The position numbers and the translations under genes are program-made. This document shows positions 35,179-47,894 of a stretch of DNA of 64,000 nt, piece by piece; the stretch's first letter is position 1; each line of letters opens with the position of its first letter. The notes beneath the pieces were generated by a model. It was not told where the DNA came from. It made no database searches and was given only the letters and a program-made list of their open reading frames with translations. Source of the DNA: Mobula hypostoma (lineage: Eukaryota). The DNA is taken from assembly GCF_963921235.1 (NCBI RefSeq), contig NC_086097.1, forward strand, positions 162,442,001 to 162,506,000. Reading direction: 5' to 3'.

Positions 35179-35979
35179 TTGATGATCAACCACGTGTGTC
35201 CATTTTCAGTCCACAGAAGGGTGTTTCACTAACAGCAGCAGCACGAATGCAGAGACGGGCTCTGTTGCTTAAAGCACACAATTACAAGATGAAATTCAAG
35301 AGGTTGTCTAATTTTGGAAATGCTGATGGATTGTCCCATTCATCCTTGGAAAAGGAAATACCTGAAAAAAAATTTATAAAAGAGGACATTCCTCTCGACC
35401 TATTCTCCTTCATGCAAATTAAAAGTCTCCACATTAGGCAGAGATGATCCAAAGGGAAACCAGAAAACACCCCAATCTGTCACAAGTCTGCATGGCAACC
35501 CAAAATTCCTAGGTTGTGGAGTGTAAATTCCAGTTCCCTCATTTTTACCAGCACTAGGATGAATTGGCCCTTAACAAGGGTTGCCTCATTTATGTAGGGA
35601 TTGAGAGTTGTACCATCCAAAAGCTATATGCTGGTCATCTAGGCATGGTAAAAATAAAAGCATTGGCTCAAAGCTTTGTCTGGTGGTCTGGGATAGATCA
35701 GCAGATCAAGCAGCTTGCCATGCATTCTTTGGGATGCCAACATGTCCAGAAGAAAGGTGTCCAGAGCTGTTAGAACCACTTCCTGCAGTCCCAGAGTCAA
35801 CTCCTACAGCCACCACGGAGGAGGCCCCAGAATTTGAGATTGGTACACAGCCAGAAGCCTCACCCGCCATGTAGAGTGACCACCCCCTTATCAGAAAAGA
35901 CATTATCCTGCTAGAGTAAGAAATTTTCCACAGCTTGAATGGGACAAATAAAAATTTACTATGTTGTGGATGTCTATAT

Positions 35980-37934
35980 AAGACATAGCAGCAGAATTAG
36001 GTCATTTGGCCCACTGGGTCTGCTGTGTCATTCAATCATGGCTGATTCTTTCTTCCCCTCCTCAGCCCCACTACCTGGCCTTCTCCCCGTATCATTTGAT
36101 GCCATGGCCAATTATGAACCTATCAAGTTCTGCATTAAATACACCCAACAATTTGGCCTCCATAGCTGCCTGTGGTAATAAATTCCATAAATTCACCACC
36201 CTCTGGCTAAAGAAGTTTCTCCACATCTCTGTCTTAAATGGTCACCCCTCTATCCTGAGGCTGTTCCCTCTTGTTCTAGACTCCCTTACCATGGAAAACA
36301 TCCTTTCCACATCTACTCTGTCTAGGCCTTTCAACATTTGAAAGGTTTCAATGAGATCCCCTCTCATCCTTCTAAGCTCCAGTGAGTACAGATCCAGAGC
36401 TATCAAATGTTCCTCGTACAATAACCCTTCATTCCTGGAATCATCCTTGTGAATCTCCTCTGAGCTCTCTCGAATGCCAATACATCTTTTCTTAGATGAG
36501 GAGCCCAAAACTGTTCAAAATACTCAAGCTGAGACTTCACCAGTGCTTTATAAAGCCTCAGCATCACATCCCTGCTCTTGTATTCTAGACCCCTTGAAAT
36601 GAATGCTAACATTGCACTTGCCTTCCTCACCACTGATGCCAGTTAACCGCAAGTTAACCTCCAGGGTGTTCTGCACATGGACTCCCAAGTAAGTCCCGCT
36701 GCATCTCAGATATTTGGATTTTCTCCCTGTTTAGAAAATAGTCCGCACATTTATTTTCACTACCAAAGTGCATGACCATTCATTTTCCAACGTTGTATTT
36801 CATTTGCCACTTTCTTGCCCATTCTCCTAATCTGTCTAAGTCCTCCTGCATCCTACCTGATTCCTCAACACTACCTGCCCCTCCACCAATCTTTGTATCA
36901 TCTACAAACTTGGCAAAAAAACAATCTATTCCATCATCTAAATCATTGATATACAGCATGAAAAGAAGCAGTCCCAACACCAACCCCTGTGGAACACCAC
37001 TAGTCACTGGCAGCCAACCCAGAAAAGAATCCTTTTATTCCCACTTGTTGCCTCCTACCAATCAGCCAATGCTCTAACTAGAGACTTCCCTGTAATACCA
37101 TGGGCTCTTAAGTTGGTAAGCAGCTTCATGTGTTGAGCCTTGTCAAAGGCCTTCTGAAAGTTGAAATATACAACATCCACTGCATCCCCTTTATCTGTCC
37201 TGCTTATCTCCTCAAAGAATTCCAACAGGTTTGTCAGGCAAGATTTTTCCCTTAAGGAACCACTGCTAACTTTGTCCTATCTTGTCCTGTACCACCAAGT
37301 ACTCCATAACCTCATCCTTAACAATTGGCCCCAACATCTTCCCAACCACTGAGGTCAGGCTAACTGGTCTATAATTTCCTTTCTGCTGCCTTCCTCTTCT
37401 TAAAGAGTGGAGTGACATTTGCAAATTTCCAGTCATCTGGCACCATGCCAGAGTCCAATGATTTTTGAAAGATCAATACTAATGCCTCCACAATCTCTGC
37501 CACTACCTCTTTCAGAACCCCAGGGTGCAGTTCATCTGGCCCGGGTGACTTACTGTATGTGCCCTTAGGTCTTTCAGCTTTTTGAACACCTTCTCCCTTG
37601 TAACCGTAACTGCACTCACTTCTCTTCAATATCTGGCACACTGCTAGTGCCTTCCACAGTGAAGACTGTTGCAAAATACCCAGTTAGTTCATCCACCATC
37701 CCCTTGTCCCCGTTATTATTTCTCCAGCCTCATTTTCTAGTGGTCCCATATCCACTATCATCTCTTTTATTTTTTACATATTTGAAAAAGCTTTTACTAT
37801 CCACTTTGATATTGTTTGCTAGCTTGCTTTCATATTTCATATTTTCCCTCCTAATGATTCTTTTAGTTGTTCTCTGTGGGTTTTTAAAAGCTTCCCAATC
37901 TTCTGTCTTTCTACTAATTTTTGCTTGGTTGTAT
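35980..37934 (-). mobile_element. CR1 LINE, linker-RT-3' UTR
   Basis: KSPGPDELHP.VLKEV..VPDDWK.ANVTPLFKK; TSGVPQGLVLG..KFVDDTKIGG; LAFISRGLEYKSRDVMLRLYKALV. Confidence 0.93.
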
Positions 37935-37989
37935 AGTAGTGGTATTAATTAGTATACTGTGTGTATATGACCAGCGAGCAAACTGTTCT

Positions 37990-38862
37990 GCTTCAAAATA
38001 CCTATTCAGTTCATATGCCATTTCCTTGTCCCTCATTACTACCTCTCCAGCATTGTTTTCCAGTGGTCCAATAACCAGTCTTGCCTGTCTTTTACAATTT
38101 TTGTATCTGAAGATACTTTTGGTATCCTCTTTAATATTATTGGCTAGATTACTTTCATATTCCATCTTTACCTTCTTAAAGACTTTTTAGTTGCCTTCTG
38201 TTCGTATTTTAAAGCTTCCCAATCCTCTACCTTCCCATTAATCTTTGTTCTCTTATATGCCTTCTCTTTGGCTTTTATGTTGGCTTTGACTTCTCTTGTT
38301 AGCTACGGTTGTGCCATCTTTCCTTTAGAATACCCCTTCCTCTTTGGCATGTATTTATCCTGTGTCTACGGATCACTTCAAGAAATTCCAGCCATTGCTG
38401 CTCTGCTGTCATCCCTGCCAGTTTTCTTTTCCAATCAATTCTGACCAACTCCTTTCTCATGCCTCTGTAATTCTCTTTACTCCACTGTAATACTGTTACA
38501 TCTGACATCGGCTTCTCCTCAGATTTCAGGGTGAATTTGATCATATTATGATAACTTGCCCCTAGGGGTTCTTTTACTTTAAGCTCTCTAATCAATTCTG
38601 GTTCATTGCATAAGACCCAATCCAGAATAGTTGAACACTTCGTGGGCTCAACCACGAACTGCTCTAAAAAGCCATCTCATAAGCATTCCAGAAATCCCCC
38701 CTCTTGGAATCCAGCACCAACCTGATTTTCCCAATCTACCTGCATATTGAAATCCCCCATGATTATTGTAGAATTGTCCTTTTATCATGTAACTTCCATG
38801 TAATTTGTAGACCACATCCTTACTACTGTTTGGGTGTCTGTATATAACTCTCATCAGGGTCA
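37990..38862 (-). mobile_element. Separate CR1 fragment of another subfamily, endonuclease-linker
   Basis: VIYRHPNS, GDFN (in another frame), ILDWVLCNEPELI..EPLGAS.HNMI.F and YESNLANNIKEDTKS. It overlaps in homology with 37670-37930 but is clearly diverged from it. Confidence 0.8.
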
Positions 38863-40441
38863 ACAGTGTATTCCTCCGTCAGAATGTTCAGAATTATTAA
38901 GTGATATGAAGGTTTAAAATACAGAACTACTTATGCATCTCTGGTGCAACTGTTGAGTGAAAATTTTCCCAATATTAATCACCAAGTATATCCAAAACCT
39001 AGAAAAAATCAATAATAGGAATGAATCAGAAGATTCAAATAATGCTGGTGTGCTTTTGGAAAGTGCCAAAAGCAAAGAACATGCTTGGAGTTTTATCGTT
39101 GGCCAATAAGGAAGGCATGGAGTAGGAACTGTAAAGGTTTCTCTTCAATCTTACTCAGCTAATTTTATAATGAGTTAAGAATTCTGACTTTATACTCATC
39201 AAGAAATACAAACTTATCAAGTATAAGCACATTGCAATCTGATTTCCCACTTCCAGCCTTCTCCCCCTGCTAATGTTTCTAAAGTACTGGAGTTTTGCAA
39301 ATGTTGCTCTGAGTTACATTCTTCAGCACAAGATTCGAGGAAAAAGAGCCAATTTCCTTTAAGACAGACAGAATACTCGCTTATGTGCTTTCAGTCATAT
39401 TTTAAGCAACGGGGAAATCCTAAATGAGCTGTATTTACATCATGCCACACAAGTGGTTGTCGTTATTGCTCGCCTGCATGTCTGTGATCACAAACCTGAC
39501 TGAGTTCCCTCTCAGTTTCCGAGTCTCTATAATTCTCATTCTGCTCCCAGTCTCACTCTATTCTTCGTTCATCATCTGTCTTTCAAGTGATCTTCGAAAG
39601 TATTCTGATTTCTCTAATGTTTTCTCTTCCTATCCTACAAACTTTCTAACTTTACTCCCCAGCCTTCCCTGGCCTCTTCATCAGTGTCTAGTTTCCTACT
39701 CTGCGGTGGTGTGAAACTATGTCAGTATTTGGACCAGTCAACATAACGTGATATTGTGGATCAAAGGTAACGCACATAGAAATATGATGTTAGTGCACTG
39801 ATGGATTGTTACTAACTCTGCCCATTGAAATTAGCAGCACTGCAGATGAAGATGCCCCGGAGGAGTTTCATTCAGTAAAACAATGGTATAAGGATCAATC
39901 TGTCCTGAGGTGGTGGGTGTGTTTCCCACACCCTGCACTTAGACTGGTTGTAAACATATCAGACTCTGTTAAAATCGCCATCTGTCTTTCTGATCGTTAT
40001 CTGCATTGAAGGGAGAGATAGCAAGTCCTGGACACTTGAAATTACAGAATTAAGAAATAAATTTCAGTGCCTTTGAGGAAACCTATTCTCTAATAGGGAA
40101 CACTCACGATCATCCTTAATGTACCATGCAGTTGAGTACAAGTGAACAATGTGGGAGTGGATTTTTGACTCTACTGACTCAGGTGAAACCAGGAAGGTGG
40201 AGAATTAAAACTGAGCAGGTGACAAACAGTCAAATCCACCTGTCGGCAATGTTAATGTAGAGATTTACTTTTTCTGGATTAGAGCAAGTGATAACCAGAT
40301 GACTCAGGGCACTATTGCATCAAAGGCACTGAAGCCAATTATAATTGTGGGTTGTGAACAGGGTGGATCCACAGATCTCCCCCAGGCTATTCCCATACTC
40401 CATCCCGCTCACTTGAGAAATTCTCCAAGCTCACACCGATA

Positions 40442-43400
40442 GTTTGAGATGTGTTTATTTTAATGCAAGAAGCATCATGAACAAAGCAGATGATCTTAGA
40501 GTGTGGATCAGTACTTGGAGCTATGATGTTGTGGCCATTACAGAGACTTGGATGGCTCAGGGGCAGGAATAGTTACTTAGAGTGCCAGGCTTTAGATGTT
40601 TTGAAAGGACAGGGAAGGAAGCAAAAGAGTTGGGGGTGTGGCAGGGCTGATCAGAGATAGTGTCACGGCTGTAGAAAAGGAGGAAGTCATGGAGGGATTG
40701 TCCACTGAGTCTCTCTGGGTGGAAGTTAGAAACAGGAAGGGGTCAATAACTCTACTGGTTTTTTTTTATAGACCACCCAATAGTAACAGGGACATCAAGG
40801 AGCAGACAGGGGACAGACTCTGGAAAGGTGTAATAATAACAGGGTTGTCGTGGGAGATTTTAATTTCCCAAGTATTAATTTACTGCATTGCTTTGAAATG
40901 AAAATAAATGATTTGGGGAAACTTTAACTTATGAACACTGTTATCACCATAATAAGACCAAATTAATCCCACTGCAGACCACCATAGCATGAAAATATTA
41001 CTGAATCCCCCCAAAAATTTCTCAGTTGAAAACGTAAATGATGAGGAAAACTGACAATGGTGATATTTCAAGAATTAGACTAAATTACTGTTAAATCACT
41101 GGTACCTGGAGGACACATTACTGTGCAACTACATTTAAAAGGAAACAAAATATTGGATATTTGATTACTCTGTCGGACCCTGACGTCCAAAGATTTTGAA
41201 ATGAAGGGTAACATCTTCCCAGTAGAGTTTGATAGAAATATGAAAGAGTATTTATTATTGTCTTAATTTTTGTACTGATGTGATGGGAGATTTTAACTTT
41301 CCTAATATTGATTAGCATCTCCTTAGCGCAAGGGGTTTAGATGGGGTGGAGTTTGTTAGGTGTGTTCAGGAAGGTTTCCTGACACAATATGTTGATAAGC
41401 CTACAAGAGGAGAGGCTGTACTTGATCTGGTATTGGGAAATGAATCTGGTCAAGTGTCAGGTCTCTCTGTGGGAGAGCATTTTGGAGATCGTGATCACAA
41501 TTAAATTTCTTTTACCATAGCATTGGAGAGGGATAGAAACAGACAAGTTAGAGAAACATTTAATTGGAGTAAGGGGAAATATGGAGCTATCAGGCAGGAA
41601 CTTGGAAGCATAAATTGGAAACAGATGTTCTCAGGGAAACATATGGAAGAAATGTAGCAAATGTTCAGGGGATATTTGCATGGCATTCTGCATAGACGTT
41701 CCAATGAGACAGGGAAAGGATGATAAGAACTGTGGTGGGCAAAGGCTATTGAAAATCTAGTCAAGAAGACAAGAAAAGATTACTAAAGGTTCAAAAAACT
41801 AGGTAATGATAGAGATCTAGAAGATTATAAGGCTAGCAGGAAGGAGCTTAAGAATGAAATTAAGAGAGCCAGAAGGGGTCATGAGAAGGTCTTGGTGAGC
41901 AGGATTAAAGAAAACACCAAGGCATTCTACAAGTATGTGAAGAACAAGAGGAAAAGACGTGAGAGAATAGGACCAATCAAGTGTGACAGTGGAAAAGTGT
42001 GTATGGAACCAGAGGAGATAACAGAGGTACTTAATGAATACTTCGCTTCAGTATTCACTAAGGAAAAGGATCTTGGCGATTGTGGGGATGACTTACAGCG
42101 GACTGAAAAGCTTGAGCATGTAGACATTAAGAAAGAGGATGTGCTGGAGCTTTTGGAAAGCATCAAGTTGGATACGTCTCTGAGACCGGACAAGATGTAC
42201 CCCAGGCTACTGTGAGGGAGGAGATTGTTGAGCCTCTGGCAATAATCTTTGCACCATCAATGAGGATGGGAGAGACTCCAGAGGATTGGAAGGTTGCAGA
42301 TGTTATTCCTTTATTCAAAAAAGGGAGTAAAGATTGCCCAGGAAATTATAGACCAGTGAGCCTTTCTTCAGTGGTAGTTAAGTTGATGGAAAAGACCCTG
42401 AGAGGCATAATATGATTAGGAGTAGTCAGAATGGCTTTGTCAAAGGCAGGTTGTGCCTTTCAAGCCTGATTGAATTTTTTGAGGATGTGACTAAACACAT
42501 TGATGAAGGTAGAATAGTAGGTGTAGTATATATGGATTTCATCAAGGCATTTGATAATGTACCCCATGCAAAACTTATTGAGAAATTAAGGAGACATGGG
42601 ATCCACAAAAACCTTGCTTTGTGGATCCAGAATTGGCTTACCCACAGAAGGCCAAAGAGTGGTTGTAGACGAGTTGTATTCTGCATGGAGGTCAGTGACC
42701 AGTGGTGTGCCTCAGGGATCTGTTCTGTGACCCCTTCTCTTCATGATTTTTATAAATGACCTGGATGAGGAAGTGGAGGGACGGGTTAGTAAATTTGCTG
42801 ATGACACAAAGGTTGAGGGTGTTGTGGATGGTGTGGAGGGCTGTCAGCGGTTACAGCAGGACATTGATAGGATGCAAAACTGGGCTGAGAAGTGGTGGAT
42901 GGAGTTCACCCAGATAAGTGTGAGGTGATTCATCTTGGTAGGTCAAATATGATGGGAGAATAATGGTGAGACTCTTGGCAGTGTGGAGGATCAGAGGGAT
43001 CTTGGGGTCTGAGTCCATAGGACACTCAAAGCTGCTGTGCAGGTTGACTCCGTGGTTAAGAAAGCATATGGTGTATTGGCCTTCATCAACTGTGGGATTG
43101 AGTTTAAGAGCCGAGAGGTAATGTTACAGCTATATAGGACCATGGTCAGACCCCATTTGGAGTACTGTGCTCAGTTCCTGGTCACCTCACTACAGGAAAG
43201 ATGGGGAAACTATAGAAAGGGTGCAGAGGAGATTTACAAGAATGTTGCCTGGATTGGGGAACATGCCTTATGAGAATAGGTTGAGTAATCTCTGCCTTTA
43301 CTCCATGGAGCGGCAAAGGATGAGAGGGGACTTGAAGAGATGTGTAAGATGATGAGAGGCATTGATCATGTGGATAGTCAGAGGCTTTTTTCCAGGGCTG

Positions 43401-44738
43401 AAATGGCTAACACAAGAGGGCACAGTTTCAAGGTACTTGGAAGTAGGTACTGAGGAGATGTCAGGGGTAAGTTTTTTATGCAGAGAGTGATGAGTGTGTG
43501 GAATGGGTTGTCGGCGATGGTGGTGGAAGCGGATATGATAGGGTCTTTTAAGAGATTCCTGGATAGGTACATGGAGCTTTGAAAGATAGAGGGCTATGGG
43601 TAAGTCTAGGTAATTTCTTTCTTTCTTTTTCAATCTTTTTATTAGTATCATAATGATAAAGATTAACAACATAGTAATCATACAAAAGTTATTGGGATTA
43701 CATTGTTGTAATTATCATATATAAGTATAAACCCAGTTAATACATGGATGTTAAACCTCCCAATCTTACAGGATACAAATATTAAATATAGACAAATTAA
43801 CATGAAAAAGGAAAAAAAATACCCGAAAAAAAACTAATCTACAAAATAGACCAACTAAACTATAGAAAAGAAAGAAATGGGCTGTTGTGAAATATAAAAA
43901 AAAGAACTATTAGTGTCGTTGACTCCGCTCCCCTCAACATATACTAAAAAGAAATAGAGTAGGTTTGGAAAAGGTCAAATTACATCATATGAAAGTATTG
44001 AATAAATGACCTCCAAGTCTTTTGAAATTTAATAGAGGGATCATAAATAACACTTCTAATTTTTTCTAAATTTAAACACAACATAATTTGAGAGAACCAA
44101 TGAAATGTGGTGGAGGGATTGATCCCTTTCCAATTCAGTAAAATGGATCTTCTAGCCGTTAGTGTAAGAAATGCAATCATCAAACGAGCTGAAGGGGTTA
44201 AAAGATTTGGTTCTATTATTGGTAAACCAAAAATTGCAGTAATAGGGTGGGGTTGTAAATCAATACTCAAAACAGTTGAAATAATATCAAAGATATCTTT
44301 CCAGTATTTTTTTTAAAAGAGGACATGACCAAAACATATGAGTTAAAGAAGATATCTTGGAATGACATCTATCACATATAGGATTTATATGAGAATAATA
44401 ACGAGCTAATTTATCCTTGGACATATGAACCCTATGCACTACTTTAAACTGTATAACCCATGTTTAGCACATATAGAGGATGAATTAACTAATTGAAGAA
44501 TTTTTTTCCCCATTTTTCAACAGGTAAAGTCATCTTAAGTTCCCTTTCCCAATCGGTCTTAACATTATTATATATGTCTGGACGTATTTTCATAATTATA
44601 TTATAAATGTTTGCTATTACATCTTTCTGAAAAGGATTTAAACCTAAAATTTTTCCAAATTTCTAAAGTAAGGACATGTGCAGCACAGCATTATGGACCA
44701 AAGGACCTGTATTGTGCTGTTGATTTTCTATGTTTCTA
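40442..44738 (+). mobile_element. Near full-length CR1 ORF2 (endonuclease plus RT) and 3' UTR, decayed, with two internal insertions
   Basis: Starts YFNARSIMNKADDL..YDVVAITETW, then YRPPNS, GDFN, PLFKKG..NYRPVSL and KFADDTKV. The 3' UTR is split by the L1 at 43619-44657. Confidence 0.93.
43619..44657 (-). mobile_element. L1-clade LINE 3' end (fish-type)
   Basis: Zinc knuckle CDRC....SLTHMFWSCP and ORF 43980-44270 (ARRSILLNWK..P....W..LEKIR..KF.KTW..FI.YF). A-rich tail and a 7-bp TSD AATTTCT (43612-18, 44658-64). Confidence 0.88.
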
Positions 44739-44914
44739 AGCTAAAATTAACCCCATAATAAATGAACACTTACTCCTTGATTTAGGAATTAATTTAGAAG
44801 CACTTGTGTTGCACTTTATGTTACTGGAATAGGTAGAGTTAATTTAATCATTTACAGATGCCATTTGTTGTCCATTCTAAGTTGCTAATAAAATATATAA
44901 CCTTTTCGGTCACT

Positions 44915-45160
44915 TCAGAGGAACGATGAGCTAACCACATAATTGTGAGTATGGAGTCACAATGGTTACATATTGGATAAAGGTCTCCTTCCTGAAAGTA
45001 TGTCAGCAAATCAAGTGAATTTTTGCTATGCACAATTTTCATTTTAGATTTATTAGCATTATTTGAATTTTAATTTCTAAGATGTGATGGTGGGATTTAA
45101 AATTCATTCCACTGGATTATTTGTCTGTTTTGGAAATTAGTCCACTGGTTTAACTGCCAT
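44915..45160 (-). mobile_element. Old tRNA-SINE-like remnant
   Basis: Degenerate head 'tggtgggatttaaa..cattccactggattat..tagtcca' and body 'ggagtcaca..ccttcctgaaag' resemble shark tRNA-SINEs. Recognised from memory. Confidence 0.4.
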
Positions 45161-45174
45161 GTCTTTTTACTATT

Positions 45175-45527
45175 GAGGATGGATGTGGAGAGGATGTTTC
45201 CTGTGGTGGAGTATCCAGAACTAGAGGGCACAGCCTTAAAATTGAGGGGCGACCTTTTAGAACAGAGGTAAGGTGGAATTTTTTTTTCGCCAGAGAGTAG
45301 TGAAGCCGTGGAATGTTCTGCCACAGACTGCGGTGGTGGCCATGTCCATGGGTATATTTAAGGCGGAAGTTGATGGTTTTCTGATCGGTCAGGGAATTGA
45401 AAGGTATGTTGAGAAGGCAGATGTATGGGGTTGAGTGGTATCTGGAGTCAGCTATGATGGAATGGCAGAGCAGCCTCGATGGGCTGAATGGCCTAATTCT
45501 TCTCCTATGTCTTATGATCTTATGGTT
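45175..45527 (+). mobile_element. CR1 LINE 3' end
   Basis: DVERMFPVV..SRTRGHSLKIEGRPFRTE; 3' UTR 'gggctgaatggcctaattcttctcctatgtcttatgatcttatgg'. Confidence 0.9.
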
Positions 45528-46449
45528 TTAGGATTTTTCCCTGAAGGCTTCATCACATCATTTCTCAGCTCCCATCTCTGCCTGATCAAACAACATTTTC
45601 CCTATTCCTAAGTCTTCTTAACAAATCACAAACTTGCATTCAATGAAAATGTAAGCAATGGATGATTGTATTATGTCCCAGTGATTATCTTTTCCTGGGT
45701 CTAAGATTTGCTGCTCATTCCTTGCTTCCCCTAGGATAATCCTGGCAGTAAGGAACCTTGGCTGTAGCTGACCCACATTACTAAAATACATAGCTGTAAC
45801 AACACATGGCTCCAATGGCTCTGAATGGAGAAATGGATATAGAAGTACCCATTGTTCAGAGCTGCTCTGCAAATTAAATCCACAATACATTTTCAGATGT
45901 GAAGGCTGGTAGCCAAAGCCAATTGCTAAATGTATATGTCCTAATCCAAAAATTGCTCTAACAGTACTGATTTTTATTCTCTAAAATATTTCATCTCTTG
46001 TATGCTCTGAAGAAAACCACGACTTTCTCCATCCATGAGCATATTTTAATCGTTGCAAGTTTCCCTGCAAGATCTCACAATGTGCAGAATTGTCTGGATT
46101 GGTGGGCAGACCAAAAGGCCTTGTGTGGTCTGCCACATGCCAAAGCTGCAAGCTGTTTCATGATCTGAACCTCAACCAAGAGGTCTCAGTCCTAAATGTA
46201 GGAAGTTTAATGCCCAGGTTTTGATCCCTTTTCTGCCCCCAGGAAGCTTCACAGTTACCCTGATGCCCATGTTTGACCCCAAGGAGTCCATTGCTCCTGT
46301 TGTGACAAGTCACAGGTGTGGGGTCTGAGATCTAAAATGGCCTTGTGGCTTTAAAACCAGAAACCCAGATTACTATAACATTATGGGTATGTTACCATCG
46401 GGAGTCATTTATGTATTCAAAATTATACTTCTTGCTGTCCTCAATGTAC

Positions 46450-47045
46450 AAAGCTCAAAGTAAATAGATTATTTATATATATATATGTGCGTGTGTGTGT
46501 GTGTGTGTGTGTGACCATATACAACCTTGAGATTTATTTTCTTGTGGGCAATCACAGTAATTACAAGAAACACAATAGAATCAATGAAGGACCACACCCA
46601 ATAAGATGGACAACATATGTGCAAAAAAAAACAACAAACTGTGCAAATACAAAAAGAAAGAGGGGAGAAAGAAATAATGATAATGACAAATAAATTTTAA
46701 AAAGCAATAAATATCAAGAACATGAGATGAAGTGTCCTTGAAAGTAAATCCATAGATTCTTGGAACAGTTCAGTTGTGGGGCAAGTGAAGTTGAGTAAGC
46801 TTATGCCCCTTGGTTCAAGTACCTAATGGTTGTGGAATAACTGTTTCTGAACCTAGTCTGTGGGTCTTGAGGCTCCTGTACCTTCTTCCCGTTAGTAGCA
46901 ATGAGAAGAGAACATGGCCAAGATGGTGGAGGTCCTTGAAGATAGATACTGCTTTCCTGTGACAGCACTCCATGTAGATTTACTCAGTGGTGGGTGGGCT
47001 TTATCCATGATGGACTGGGCCATATCCATTACTTCTTGTAGAAGG
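46450..47045 (-). mobile_element. Rex1/Babar LINE 3' end
   Basis: LQEVMD.AQSI..K..PP remnant, followed by a tail that is the reverse complement of the 22200-22612 type, with an embedded (TA)(GT) microsatellite. Confidence 0.75.
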
Positions 47046-47894
47046 AAGTCTCTTGAGATCAAAAATTGTCCTAATCTGTGTAACACTGTCAGCAGGAGAG
47101 GATCATCTGGAAGCAGGATCTCCAAAGCAAGCATTAGGGGTATGTGATCCACTGTGAAAGATGTATATGGATCTGGAGGATGATGGTCTGAGGTGGTGGA
47201 CAAGAACATAATAGTGCATTCTAGCAGGGCAGAGCTAAGAACCAATACTCTGAGGAGATGAAAGTAAAAAGTAGGAGCTGGGACAGTGACTTGGTGTAGT
47301 GAACTTTGTTAACTCCATTTCTCTTGACCTAGAGCCTTGTGGGTTATGGCTTTCCACAAGGACACCTTGGAATTTTTCAAATGGAGTGAGCATTTGTTTT
47401 GAAAAGGGAAGAGAAGTTGAAATTGAGGACAGGGATTTGAAAAAGAGAAAAGTTTGGACAATCCTTTTGTGTGACTCTCCTAACTTGTACTACCTGATTT
47501 ACTATCCTCCTCGGCAGGCTGAACTTCCCTACTTGTGGTTGAGAAATGCCTCAGTATCAAATTTCTTAACCTTGTTTACAAATCCTTTCCTGACATCATC
47601 ACTTCCCTCTTCCAGCCTTACAACCTGACGAGCCATTTATGTCCAATAATTAAGCAATAATTTTGCTTATCTCTGATTTGATTACCATTACAGGTGACTT
47701 TGCCTTCATCTGCCATCATCCCAATATCTGACGTTCCCACCCTAACTCTTCCTACTTCTCAACTTCTCTTTCCTCCTGTAAGATTTTCCTTAAAATTTAA
47801 CCCTTTGACTAGGCTTTTGGTCACCATGCCGTATTATTTTCCCATTGAGTTTTGTTTAATTCTGCTTGTGTAGGGATTAGAGATTTAGCTGACC

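Larger units (their letters stand above)
32630..35980 (+). mobile_element. Gypsy internal region (gag zinc knuckle-protease-RT-RNase H-partial integrase), decayed; copy C, same family as copy A
   Basis: gag METADKD..CYCCG..CRF..CNKVGHLQRAC; FKDTGLKPANIQLRTY; AAARMQR.ALLL..HNY..FK..GNADGLS; GHLGMVKIKALAQSFVWW.GID. Confidence 0.9.

Noticed and set aside
37670..38290. Tandem duplication inside one CR1
   Set aside because: The two homologous segments are too diverged and are separated by unrelated sequence. Two independent CR1 subfamily insertions explain it better.
46105..46134. 9-bp GC-rich stem-loop GGCAGACCA / TGGTCTGCC
   Set aside because: Too short to call a structured RNA, and no recognisable family motif.
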